DNA from: Antedon mediterranea
Taxonomy: Eukaryota; Animalia; Echinodermata
Length of the DNA: 64,000 bases
Assembly (NCBI RefSeq): GCF_964355755.1
Contig: NC_092672.1
Coordinates: forward strand, 23,945,237-24,009,236
Direction of reading: 5' to 3'
Shown: piece by piece, positions 1-11,400 of the stretch
How positions within the stretch are numbered: the first letter of the stretch is position 1
Layout: each line of letters starts with the position of its first letter
Position numbers and translations under genes: made by a program
Notes under the pieces: generated by a model
The model's input: only the letters and a program-made list of their open reading frames with translations
The model's database searches: none
What the model was told of the DNA's origin: nothing

Positions 1-199
1 TTTTTACCCCTGATTGAATTTGGAAATCTTGGACAAATATTATTATGGAAGCAGCAAAAGGGGGTACTAAATTGCAAACAAAAACACGCCGGCGTCGTAA
101 ATGTGCTAACTCAAATAGGAATAATAATAATATAGACAATAGTGATGATAGTTGTGACGATCTATGGAATCTGTAATTAGAAAAACGACATAAAGTCAC

Positions 200-1296
200 A
201 ATGCTTATTAAAAATAAAATACAAGAAAAATGGTTAACAATTCAATAGAAAAAGCAAATGAAAGAGGTCCTTCTTGTAAAGATTTTTGGAAAAACTTAGG
301 AGGCATAGCATGAAATGTAACATCATGGATTTTGATTGCATCCAAATTCCTGATTCTGAGGAAATAAAATTTTATAAGAAAACGATAAATCAATGTGTCT
401 TACTGGGAAAACTTGGGCAAATGCAATATGATTTTGAAGGATTGTAATGCTTTTCTAACCAATTGCTTTGTTAAAGAAATCAGAAATAACCTTTCTCTTG
501 AATATGACAACCCAGCTGATAATATTATAATGAAGAGTTCCTAAATGATACTTTTTATTGATTTTGATGTTGTAAAAGAAGCAGTATCCTTATTTATTAC
601 CGAAAAAGAACAAATCCCTGATTTGGACAATATTACAAATGAATTACTGAAAAATGGAGGAAACTGTATCAATAAAACATTACTTGGCCTTTTAAAGAAA
701 ATTATTGAATTGGAAGAAATCCCAAAAGACTGGAATATTATTATTTCTATTTATAAGAAAGGTAGCCATAGAATTTAGACAACTATCTTTTAACATTACT
801 AATTATCTTGAAAATAATGATATCGGAAGTTCCGGGAGGTTTTCGTGCAACTTATAGATGTGAAGATCATATGTTTACATTCAAAAGTATTGCTGCTTGC
901 AGACTTAAAGAAAATAAACACACCTATGGCCTTCCTGGACTTCCGTAAAGCTTTTGACAGTGTCTGGCTAAACGGTTTATTCAAAGCTGTTTGGTCATCA
1001 GGTGTATAAGGGGTAAGATTTGGCAATAACTTGATAAACTTTATGAAGATGCTAAAGGTTCTGTTAGAGTTGGAAATATAGTCACTGCATTTTTTGACAT
1101 TGAACATGACAGGGTGTAAAGCAAGATTGTGTTCTTTCTCCAATCTTATTTAACATCTTTATTAATGAATTATAGAAAATGCTTGTATCAAACAATCTAG
1201 GTATTAGAATAAACAACACCTCGATAGGAAGATTATTCTGGGCAGATGACATTGAAGAAGTCAAACTTTAATTTTGATAAATCCAACGTTCTTGTT
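200..1296 (+). pseudogene. Decayed non-LTR retrotransposon ORF2 (reverse transcriptase), 5' part; RTE-X-like
   Basis: ORF 545-778 reads PDLDNITNELLKNGG...EIPKDWN..IYKKG. Further frameshifted RT motifs: AFLDFRKAFDSVW (~929-967), a degenerate GVKQxCVLSPILFNI (~1113-1160), LFWADDI (~1232-1252) and FDKSNVLVF (~1273-1299). Confidence 0.85.
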
Positions 1297-1540
1297 TTTA
1301 CTCGGGGTACCCGTGTCTAGTACTCTTTTTCTTCTTCTATCGAGTAAAAAGTGCGATTTATGAAGTACTACTCATTCCTTATTAGTTGTATTATTGAGCT
1401 GGGATTTGGCATAAATATACTACATGGACATGTTCTCAAATCTATAGAGCCGGATTTTTAAATTTCACACCGGATGCAGCCATATGACGTCTCGAAGATG
1501 GTACCGTATAGCCGTATTTGGTAGCGAGGTTATTGATGTG
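1297..1540. mobile_element. Short insertion in the LINE, resembling a Helentron/HINE fragment
   Basis: Interrupts the RT reading right after SNVLVF at a T-run. Contains cggggtacccg..ctagt, an inverted pair tttttactc/gagtaaaaa and a ctt-rich tract. Boundaries are approximate. Confidence 0.35.
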
Positions 1541-1578
1541 TGATAAATTTATTGTTGAAGCATATTTCTAGAAAACTT

Positions 1579-4536
1579 TTTTTTTTCTCTTTTGTGGCGC
1601 AAACACCACTTTTATTCACATTCATATTATCTCATATTACATAAAATCGTATTATTTAACTTGTAAATGTCGTTACAGTTCATAAGTAACATTTTTACAT
1701 ATATGAATTTTGTATTACTCCTTTTTTCATTACAGGATCATCATTATCATCTATCCCGTTTTAAAATAGTTCACACATTTTCATTTGTTTGTTTTCATTT
1801 TACAACCCGGATTATACAATATATTTATATACATGATAAAAAAAAAACAATAATAGCTCAGTACCACCAGTAACCCGTATCACTGTAATTCTTTTTCGGT
1901 TAATCGTATCAAATTAGAAATTATATTATCATAATCTTATTTCTTAAAGCTACCCATTTTTCTATACTTGTTTCTTTATTGTTATGTGTTTCACATTCAA
2001 TGTTATATAACATATTGCTTTTAAATGAATTCCATAAAGATTTACCCACTGGCTTATTTAGTGCAGATAACATTTTTATTCTATAAATAGTAAATGCTGC
2101 AAAAGTGTAAATATAATCTATTAGCTTATCTCCCGTTCCTAGTATTAATTGTTTAAATGATATATTATTGTGATTTAAACTTACAAAGATACTAAGCATT
2201 TTCCTCCAATATTTCTGAATAAATCTACAACTAAAAAACAAATGATTTTCATTTTCAATTTCTCCACATTTGTCACACGTTTGTGTTTCCTTAACTTTCC
2301 ACTGATACAGCCGTTTGTTGGTAGGCAGTATTCTATGTAACATCTTATAATTGAATTGTGCTAGTTTCTTATCTTTCATTTTACATACTTTCCGTAACCA
2401 AAAAGTTTTCCAATCAATGTTGTTATCATTGAAGTACTCTTCCCATTTTAGTTGTGACATTGGAATAATGAAATATTCTTTCACAAACCATGAGTATATT
2501 AGTTTGGTAGTATTAATCTCATACTTGGTCCCAACTAATTCATCATTATCATCACAATTGAAAATATCTACCTCCTTAATAATGCGTTTCCATTGAATTG
2601 GTATTGCCTTAATAATGCACAAATACTCAGTTAACCAGTTTGTTTTACATTGTAGTTTCACCAGTATTTCGTTTGATGTTAAAAATGTGTTCTTATTAAC
2701 AATGTCTTTAATACTGATAATGCCACTGTCAATCCAATGCTTGTAGAAAAGCGATTTTTTTTTTTAGTTTAACGTAGTGGTTTCCCCACAGTTGCTCATT
2801 CATTATATCGTTATAACTTTCAGGTTTGTTTTTTTTTAGAGATTCTGTTATAATTTATGTAGGCTTTTATCATATTTTTGTAAAACAGTGGAATTTTATC
2901 AGAATTAACATCAATAATGTTATAACATGACATATTAGGTAAAAAATTAACATCACATATTTTTTTAATATAATACATTGGAATATTTTTCCATTTAGCA
3001 CCATCATCATTCATAATTCTTTTTAACCAGCCACACATGAGTGCGTTAACATGAAGAGTAAAATCAGGCATTTTAATGCCTCCCATCTCAACATCACCAA
3101 TTAGAGTTTTTCTTTTTATCTTTTCCCTTTTATTGTTCCAAATAAAATTATATATTAGATTTGTAACTTGTGTATATACATATTTTGGAACATCAGTGAT
3201 ATTTGCAGCATATGTTAATTTAGATAGTGCAAGACTTTTCAGGATTATTATTCTACCAAAAATTGAGAGATTTCTAGCATTCCATTGTTTTAAAGTCTTT
3301 TCTAGCTCTATTAATTTAACATCCCAGTTTTTTCTGGTACATTTTTCTGTATTATACCCTACATATATGCCTAAAATTTTGATCGGGTGTTTTACCCAAT
3401 TTAATTCTAAAGGTCTATCTATTCTGTTCTTCCATTTACCAATCCAAAAAGCATGGTTTTTTTTTATTTAGTGTCATTCCAGATACTTCACAAAAACGTT
3501 CAATTACACTGACTGCTGACTTAATACTTTTGTCATTACCAACATACAAAACCGTATCATCGGCTAATTGGCTTATTCTAGCTTCTATGTTATTTTCATT
3601 ATTTAGAAGTTTAATACCCTTATAGTCATCTTTGTTTCTTATTCTAGATGCCATTACTTCAACCACTAAAATGAATAACAGAGCAGATAGAGGACAACCT
3701 TGTCTAATACCTCTTTCCATTTTAAAATTGTTTGAAACCCAACCATTGTTAACTGTGACACATTCAACGTTATTGTATAATACTTTTACCCAGTTACAAA
3801 AGAACATTCCAAAGTTAAACTTTTCTAGAACATTGTACATAAAATCTCTACTAATAGAGTCAAAAGCCTTCTTAAAATCTACGGTAATTATTGCCCCTTC
3901 GATATCATTACACTCTGTATAATAAAGCAGGTCTTCTATTAACCGAATGTTTTCACCAGCGAAACGGCCTTTTATATAACCTTTTTGGTCTGAACTTACT
4001 ATTGATTTAATAATCATTTTAAGTCTGTTACTTAATACATGTGCAAGAATTTTGTAATCGGTGTTTAAGAGGGTAATGGGAAGCCAATTATTCAAATTTT
4101 CTCTTTCTCCATCTTTGAACAAAAGGGTGATTACACCTCGTTTTTGCGAAAAGGATAATTCTTGAGAATTATAACTTTCATTTAACGCATCGCAAATTAA
4201 ATGTTTAATATTATTCCAAAAGAACACATAAAATTCAACACTTAGACCATCCGATCCAGGTGTTTTATTTTTTTCCATCATTGAAATGGCCTTTTTACAT
4301 TCATCAATAGTGACGTAACCTTCACAATTTTCTTTTTCTATTTCTGAAAGCTTGTTTATAATAGAATTACAAAGGTATTTATTAATTTTTCCAGGGTTTA
4401 TAACATTTTTTGCGTATAAACCTTCGAAATGTTGTATTAGTTCCTTTAAAATATCAATTGGGCTCGTTGCTAATCTCCCATCTTTAGTAATTAAACTTTT
4501 TATGTGTTTCTTTTTACTTTTGGAAAATATTTGGAA
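1579..4536 (-). mobile_element. 5'-truncated L1/Tx1-clade LINE with poly(A) tail and 17-bp TSD
   Basis: atatttctagaaaactt occurs at 1562-1578 and 4537-4553. A T-run (poly-A on -) lies at 1577-1586. ORF2 fragments fill the interval. Confidence 0.92.
1921..4536 (-). pseudogene. L1/Tx1 ORF2: RT domain plus C-terminal zf-RVT/CCHC; three frameshifts
   Basis: Motifs KTPGSDGLSVEFY, LPITLLNTDYKIL, DFKKAFDSI, GIRQGCPLSALLF and QLADDT (ORF 3436-4281); MGGIKMPDF (2820-3086); CDKCGEIENENHLFFSC (1921-2661). Confidence 0.92.
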
Positions 4537-4553
4537 ATATTTCTAGAAAACTT

Positions 4554-5775
4554 AATGACAATGTACAATTCCAAAATGTAATCACAAAATGCAACAGGCT
4601 TAGCTTATATTAAATCATTAATTGACAATTGTAATAATTTAAATAGAGTATATTATGGAGATATATTATGGATATATTACCGCAATTAATTACGAATCAG
4701 CTGTTTGGTGCTCTTTAAATAAAACTAATATTGAAAACTAGAAAAATTACAATTGCAGATGGCTAGATATATAATCTTAAAGCGTCAAGGAATACACCGC
4801 GTGCAGCATTATATGGCGAACTAGGTTGTTTGCCAATAAATGTTGCACATGATTGTTTGCGTATACAAAATTTTAATCGAAATGTACATATGGAATCCCA
4901 CCGTTGGCCAACATTTTTTGCTTAATACTCTGCTTCAACTTATTTGTAATAAGAATGATTTTCGTTTTAAATTTTTAATATGTTTACGTAATGTTTTTTT
5001 TTTTCAAATGTGACAAATTAATTTGTGACACTATTGATAATCCAAATGTAGATACGAACAGCTTTATTTTGTCAAAGGTTAAAGAGCAAGCTTATACTGA
5101 CTGGAGAAACGATCTTGCACTAATAAAATCCTCTCTATCAGATTATCAAATTGTTAAAGAAATTCCCTACTTAGAAAAATATTTGCTTCAACCATTAGAA
5201 ATTAAAAGCGCAAGTATGAAATTTGTTGCGTTCCAACACGCTACCTTTAAATAGACGAATATCAAGCTGAACCGAAGAAAATAAAGCTGGTTTATGTCCT
5301 CTTTGTAATTGTAAAGCTACTGAAGATCTAAGGCATTTCATTTTCTCATGCCCTGCCCTACAGAATATTAGACTGGAGGAATTGGCAATGCTTAAGCAGG
5401 ATCTATCGAGTGAAATTGATGTATGAAACGCATTTTTATATGGATCGTTAGATCAAAAATTATGTTCTTGGTGCATCCATTTAACTTTTCTGCAAATATT
5501 AAGGTTGCATTCGTTAAACGGGCGTGGAAGAAAAGAAATGAAAGCTAGTTCTTTGCATCTTACAGTACTTCAATCCTGTATTACTTTTTTATCAGTTTGT
5601 ATATATACTTTGTTTTTATTTTTTGTTTTTCTCTTGTAAATACTTTTGTTAATTGAATTTTTCATTCTTTTGTACTTTTATTTTAACTTTTACTTTATTA
5701 TGGACGCACCTTTTTATTCAAGAAGTGTGCCACTGTTTCAAAAGTGTAGGCTTTCCAAGTAAATTATTATTATTT
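4554..5775 (+). pseudogene. 3' part of the RTE-X-like LINE (thumb region, CCHC knuckle, 3' UTR, (TTA)n tail)
   Basis: Reads EKLQLQMARY..RNTPRAALYGELGCLPI (~4741-4838) and CPLCNCKATEDLRHFIFSCPAL (~5296-5360). A T-rich UTR ends in attattattat (~5763-5773). The reading HISRKLNDN is restored across the Tx1 TSD. Confidence 0.8.
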
Positions 5776-6297
5776 AATGTTAAATATGAAGCTATGGTTG
5801 GTCGGTTTGGTTAAAACAGAGAACTCTCAAATGCGACGCTAAATTAATTCATCTTTTGTACTTAAAGTGCTCAACCATTTTAATGGTAATATTTGCTAAG
5901 TTCTTGTCTTTAATGATACGCCTATTATAGTGTGGATAATCAATTTTAACAGCTTGTTCTGAAATATGAAACAACAGCCAATACAAAATTAAAATTAAAG
6001 ATATAACTAAAAATAAAATCAACTATGGTCCTGTTTATTAATAATGAATAGGGCTCTCAATAGTTATAATTTGTGCATCTGCAAAATTTAAACAAATATT
6101 ATAAAGAATTGTATGCATACAATAATGCCTCTGTATATGAGTATACTGTAAGTTTTCTACTCACAACTACTCTTTCTAAAAGGGAAACTTGTGGAAAGAA
6201 CTAAAATTACTATTTCAATACTTTTCAGATTTTTATTTTGCGTGGAAATGAAAAAAATGAAAATAATAAGCCTCTATTAAATTTATAACGTTCTGAC

Positions 6298-7540
6298 TTA
6301 GAAACCAATATCATTTTCATCAAAAATATCGATAATATGAAGTAACAATTGTGTACTTTCTTCAAACGAATTTGGCATCGTATAATTATCCACATCATTT
6401 CCAATGACTTCAGCAAGTCCAGCAGCAAAGACCGGAGAGCATCCATACTTTGGAGGTTCATCAGAAAATCGCAATGGAAATTTATAATCTCTTGTTCCAT
6501 ATATTTCGGGTAAGAAATACAGGACGTCTGGTTTCCCACATGAGACTTCCAGATTAGTTTGATTGCGAATTCGATGTTGATTCCACATTTCGGCTATGCG
6601 AGAAACATCCCTCTGGATTAATTTGTTAAAACAGAATCTAATACATTCAATGTGAAGTTCATTAGATGTATCTACCAGTCCCCTGTCTCGAAGATCTTTC
6701 AAGTGATTAATCCAAAAGCGAGTACAAAGACGCTGTAAGTAAGACCAAAAGGCCTCGATACGCTGATTTGCCACGGATCTGCCATACAAGAAACGTTTGG
6801 CACCACTCATTGAATCGTGATCATTTGATCTTAACGCTACCTGAATGAGTCTAATCAAAGAGTTCTCGGTTCCTCTGTCAGCACGGATAACTCTAGGTAC
6901 TCCGTGTATTTTCTGCACATATTCTAAGAAGAACTGTGCTATATATCTCGGATTCTTATTGCTGGGACAAACTTTGATCCACAATAGTCTTCTTGAGTAT
7001 CCATCTATTGCAGCATGTACTGAAATTCCAAAAAGTTTTAGTTTGTCAAATCCGTCAACATGTATCATGTAATTGGGACCTTTATTGGAGTAAAGGCGAC
7101 GTCGAAAAGCTCTGGTCCGTCTTGAGTCCACCCTTTCAGGATCTACCTCTCGAAGAATTATTCTCACAGTCTCCTGGGATACACTTAAAGTGGTAACGTG
7201 TGGTTATCAAACGCCACATAAAACGGTAACCCACAGAATCCGGCAAATTATTTAGAGCACTTTGTACGACTTCCACTACATCTTCTAACGGTGAATGTAC
7301 TCGACGGCGTAGCCTTAACCTTGCCAATATACGTCGTATTTGACGTAAGCTTAAAACTATGTCATGTCTTAAAAGCAGAAACCCGATTATTTCGACTGCA
7401 GTGTATCCAGCATAAAATTAATGTTCTATTAACTCTTCTCTCGTAAAATCAGCGTTGTATCTTTCCAGTAGTTCTGCTGCCGTATACAATCCCGGAGCCG
7501 ATACACATGGGAATGCGATTATCAAGTACACAAAAACCTG
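6298..7540 (-). pseudogene. IS3EU-like DDE transposase/integrase-core gene with one stop and one frameshift
   Basis: ORF 6298-7167 has GPNYMIHVDGFDKLK, HAAIDGYSRR, GVPRVIRADRGTEN, GRSVANQRIEAFW and WNQHRIR. Upstream frame reads REELIEH*FYAGYT..EIIGFL..HDIVLSLRQIRRILARLRLRRR...VGYRFMW (HTH-like). +1 frameshift near 7187; TAA near 7419. Confidence 0.82.
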
Positions 7541-8014
7541 GTATAGGAAGTAAGATTAGAACAATTATTTTGGCATTCCAAAGATTTTATTTTTCTGCCA
7601 AGGATAGCCATTTTCAAGTACTAAATAAATAAAACATAATTATTTGATTTGATTGAAATATAGTCGACATTATCACACAGACAAAGCCTACCTACAACTC
7701 TGCCTACAGTTTAAATAGGGTCTACAATGTATTAGTCTATCATAAAGAAAACAATTTATGACGTAGGCCTACGGTACTATACACGGAGGGTACCGTATTT
7801 TATTTTATTTTTCAAAACTGCTTTGAAATGTTTTACTATGAACATATATTATTGGTTTTATATTATAAATAAAATACTAGGCCTAGGCCTAGGTCAAAAT
7901 ATAAATGGTAGGCCCTAATATAGGCCCAGACCAAGCTTGTTGGGCACGGGACTGGTTAATAGTGTGGCCTCAAATCAATAAGAATTCATATTCACTGCAG
8001 TGTACCCTAACTCA

Positions 8015-8412
8015 ATTCAATTTGGCAAGATAATCTATCTGGTCATGCCGACATGCAATTTTGGTAACGTCAACTTGGCAAGATAATGTATCTCGTCATG
8101 ACGACATATAATAGTTATTATGTCGACATAATAGCCATATTTATGTCGACTTGACAAGATATTATCTCAACAAGTCGCCAAGTGGATGGCACTTGGACGC
8201 TTCAAGCGTCGAAGTAAAGTCAACTTGGCAAGTTAATCTATCTGGTCTAGTCGACATGTATTTATTAGGATGTCAACTTGGCAAGATAAGCTATCTCGCC
8301 ATGTAGACATATAATGGTTACTGTGTCGACATAATAGTCATATTTATGTCGACTTGGCAAGATAAATTATCTCGACAAGTCGCCAAGTGAATGGCACTTT
8401 AACGCTTCCGTA
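8015..8412. repeat. Subterminal repeats and terminus (..CCGTA = TACGG on -) of the IS3EU-like element
   Basis: Two ~200-bp diverged copies (~8015-8210, ~8218-8412) built from gtcaacttggcaagata and atgtcgac motifs. Ends in aacgcttccgta, matching the TAY..RTA termini I recall for IS3EU. Confidence 0.6.
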
Positions 8413-11400
8413 GTAAATACATTCAAATACAGTACTATTCAAAGGCATAGTCCAATCTAATGGATGGTATTGATGCTTCTATACAACATTCTTATCTGTT
8501 AATACATTCAAATACAGTACTATTCAAAGGCATAGTCCAATCTAATGGATTGTATTTATGCTTCTATACAACATTCTTATCTGTTAATACATTCAAATAC
8601 AGTACTATTCAAAGGCTTAGTCCAATCTAATGGATGGTATTGATGCTTCTATACAACATTCTTATCTGTTAATACATTCAAATACAGTACTATTCAAAGG
8701 CATAGTCCAATCTAATGAATGGTATTGATGCTTCTATACAACATTCTTATCTGTTAATACATTCAAATACAGTACTATTCAAAGGCATTGTCCAATCTAA
8801 TGGATGGTATTGATGCTTCTATACAACATTCTTATCTGTGAATACATTCAAATACAGTACTATTCAAAGGCATAGTCCAATCTAATGAATGGTATTGATG
8901 CTTCTATACAACATTCTTATCTGTTAATACATTCAAATACAGTACTATTCAAAGGCATTGTCCAATCTAATGGATGGTATTGATGCTTCTATACAACATT
9001 CTTATCTGTTAATACATTCAAATACAGTACTATTCAAAGGCATTGTCCAATCTAATGGATGGTATTGATGCTTCTATACAACATTCTTATCTGTTAATAC
9101 ATTCAAATACAGTACTATTCAAAGGCATTGTCCAATCTAATGGATGGTATTGATGCTTCTATACAACATTCTTATCTGTTAATACATTCAAATACAGTAC
9201 TATTCAAAGGCATAGTCCAATCTAATGCATGGTATTGATGCTTCTATACAACATTCTTATCTGTTAATACATTCAAATACAATACTATTCAAAGGCATTG
9301 TCCAATCTAATGGATGGTATTGATGCTTCTATACAACATTCTTATCTGTTAATACATTCAAATACAGTACTATTCAAAGGCATAGTCCAATCTAATGAAT
9401 GGTATTGATGCTTCTATACAACATTCTTATCTGTTAATACATTCAAATACAGTACTATTCAAAGGCATTGTCCAATCTAATGGATGGTATTGATGCTTCT
9501 ATACAACATTCTTATCTGTTAATACATTCAAATACAGTACTATTCAAAGGCATTGTCCAATCTAATGGATGGTATTGATGCTTCTATACAACATTCTTAT
9601 CTGTTAATACATTCAAATACAGTACTATTCAAAGGCATTGTCCAATTTAATGGATGGTATTGATGCTTCTATACAACATTCTTATCTGTTAATACATTCA
9701 AATACAGTACTATTCAAAGGCATAGTCCAATCTAATGCATGGTATTGATGCTTCTATACAACATTCTTATCTGTTAATACATTCAAATACAGTACTATTG
9801 AAAGGCATAGTCCAATCTAATGCATGGTATTGATGCTTCTATACAACATTCTTATCTGTTAATACATTCAAATACAGTACTATTGAAAGGCATAGTCCAA
9901 TCTAATGCATGGTATTGATGCTTCTATCCAACATTCTTATCTGTTAATACATTCAAATACAGTACTATTCAAAGGCATAGTCCAATCTAATGCATGGTAT
10001 TGATGCTTCTATACAACATTCTTATGGGTGTCACGAAAGCTCAGACCACGAAAGCTCAGACCCCCTAAGACCTAAGATCACGAAAGCTAAGACCCAACAC
10101 CTAAGATTACAAATATTTATCTTTCGCACCTGCCTTGTATTTTAACTCCCAACATTTATTCTGAATACCACACCTTAGAATTGGCACTTTCATGAAAAAG
10201 AATCACATAAAAAGTAACAAATACATTTTTAAATTGATGATTTTACAGACGTTTTTCTCGCACACAAAATGACTAGCCTACACAGTACAGTAGGCCTACC
10301 CCATGGGCCATGTTCAATGTTTTTGTTTCTATGGAACGTCAAAAGAGCAAAAATTATATAGAGGGCTGAAAACTCTGTGGAGTCCATCTACAGTGTGGAT
10401 GGAACAATGTAAAATTAAAATTGTAATGATAATAGTATAATCATGCAAGTACGAAGAAATAAATACTGGCAAATACATTTTAACTTAAAAGTTTTTTTGT
10501 TTCGTTTTCTTTCTGTTTTTATACTTGTACTATTATTGTTGCTCTTTTGGCGCTCCATAGAAACAAAAACATTGAGCGGGGAGCTCGAGGAGTTGCATTA
10601 CAGTATACAAAGAAACACGCCTGTAAAATCATCAATTTAAAGGATTTATTTATTTGTTATGTGTTTCTCCTTCTGAAAGTACTTATAAGTCCTAATTTTA
10701 AAGTGTGGTGTTCAGGATAAAGTTAGTCAACAAATTTGGAGTCAAAATACAAGAAAGGCAGGTGCGTAAGAAAAACATCCTCTGAAGCAACACAATGGAG
10801 TAAATATATACCAACAAACAACCCGTCAAGTTTGTTTGTTGTAAAGAAAAAATATACATTTACTCAACGGGCGAAAATAATGTGAGTTTATCTATGTTTT
10901 GCGGTAGTATTAAATTATATTTATGGTAATAACTGAAACCTACTGTGTTTAAAATTATGTATGGATAAACAAGTATTGTTTTTAAGCTGTAGTATATCTT
11001 AGTATTTGTAATCTTAGGTGTTGGGTCTTAGCTTTCATGATCTTAGGTCTTAGGGGGTCTGAGCTTTCGTGGTCTGAGCTTTCGTGACACCCACATTCTT
11101 ATCTGTTAATACATTCAAATACAGTACTATTCAAAGGCATTGTCCAATCTAATGAATGGTATTGATGCCTCTATACAACATTCTTATCTGTTAATACATT
11201 CAAATACAGTACTATTCAAAGGCATAGTCCAATCTAATGGATAGTATTGATGCTTCTATACAACATTCTTATCTGTTAATACATTCAAATACAGTACTAT
11301 TCAAAGGCATAGTCCAATCAATTGGATGGTATTGACGCTTCTATACAACATTCTTATCTGTTAATACATTCAAATACAGTACTATTCAAAGGCATAGTCC

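Noticed and set aside
2351-4546. Plus-strand ORFs 2351-2596, 3076-3471, 3632-3922 and 4352-4546
   Set aside because: Antisense shadows of the Tx1 ORF2.
6298-7167. Bacterial IS3/IS481 or retroviral integrase
   Set aside because: No LTRs, gag or RT in the same unit and no prokaryotic context; the motif pattern fits eukaryotic IS3EU-like transposases better.
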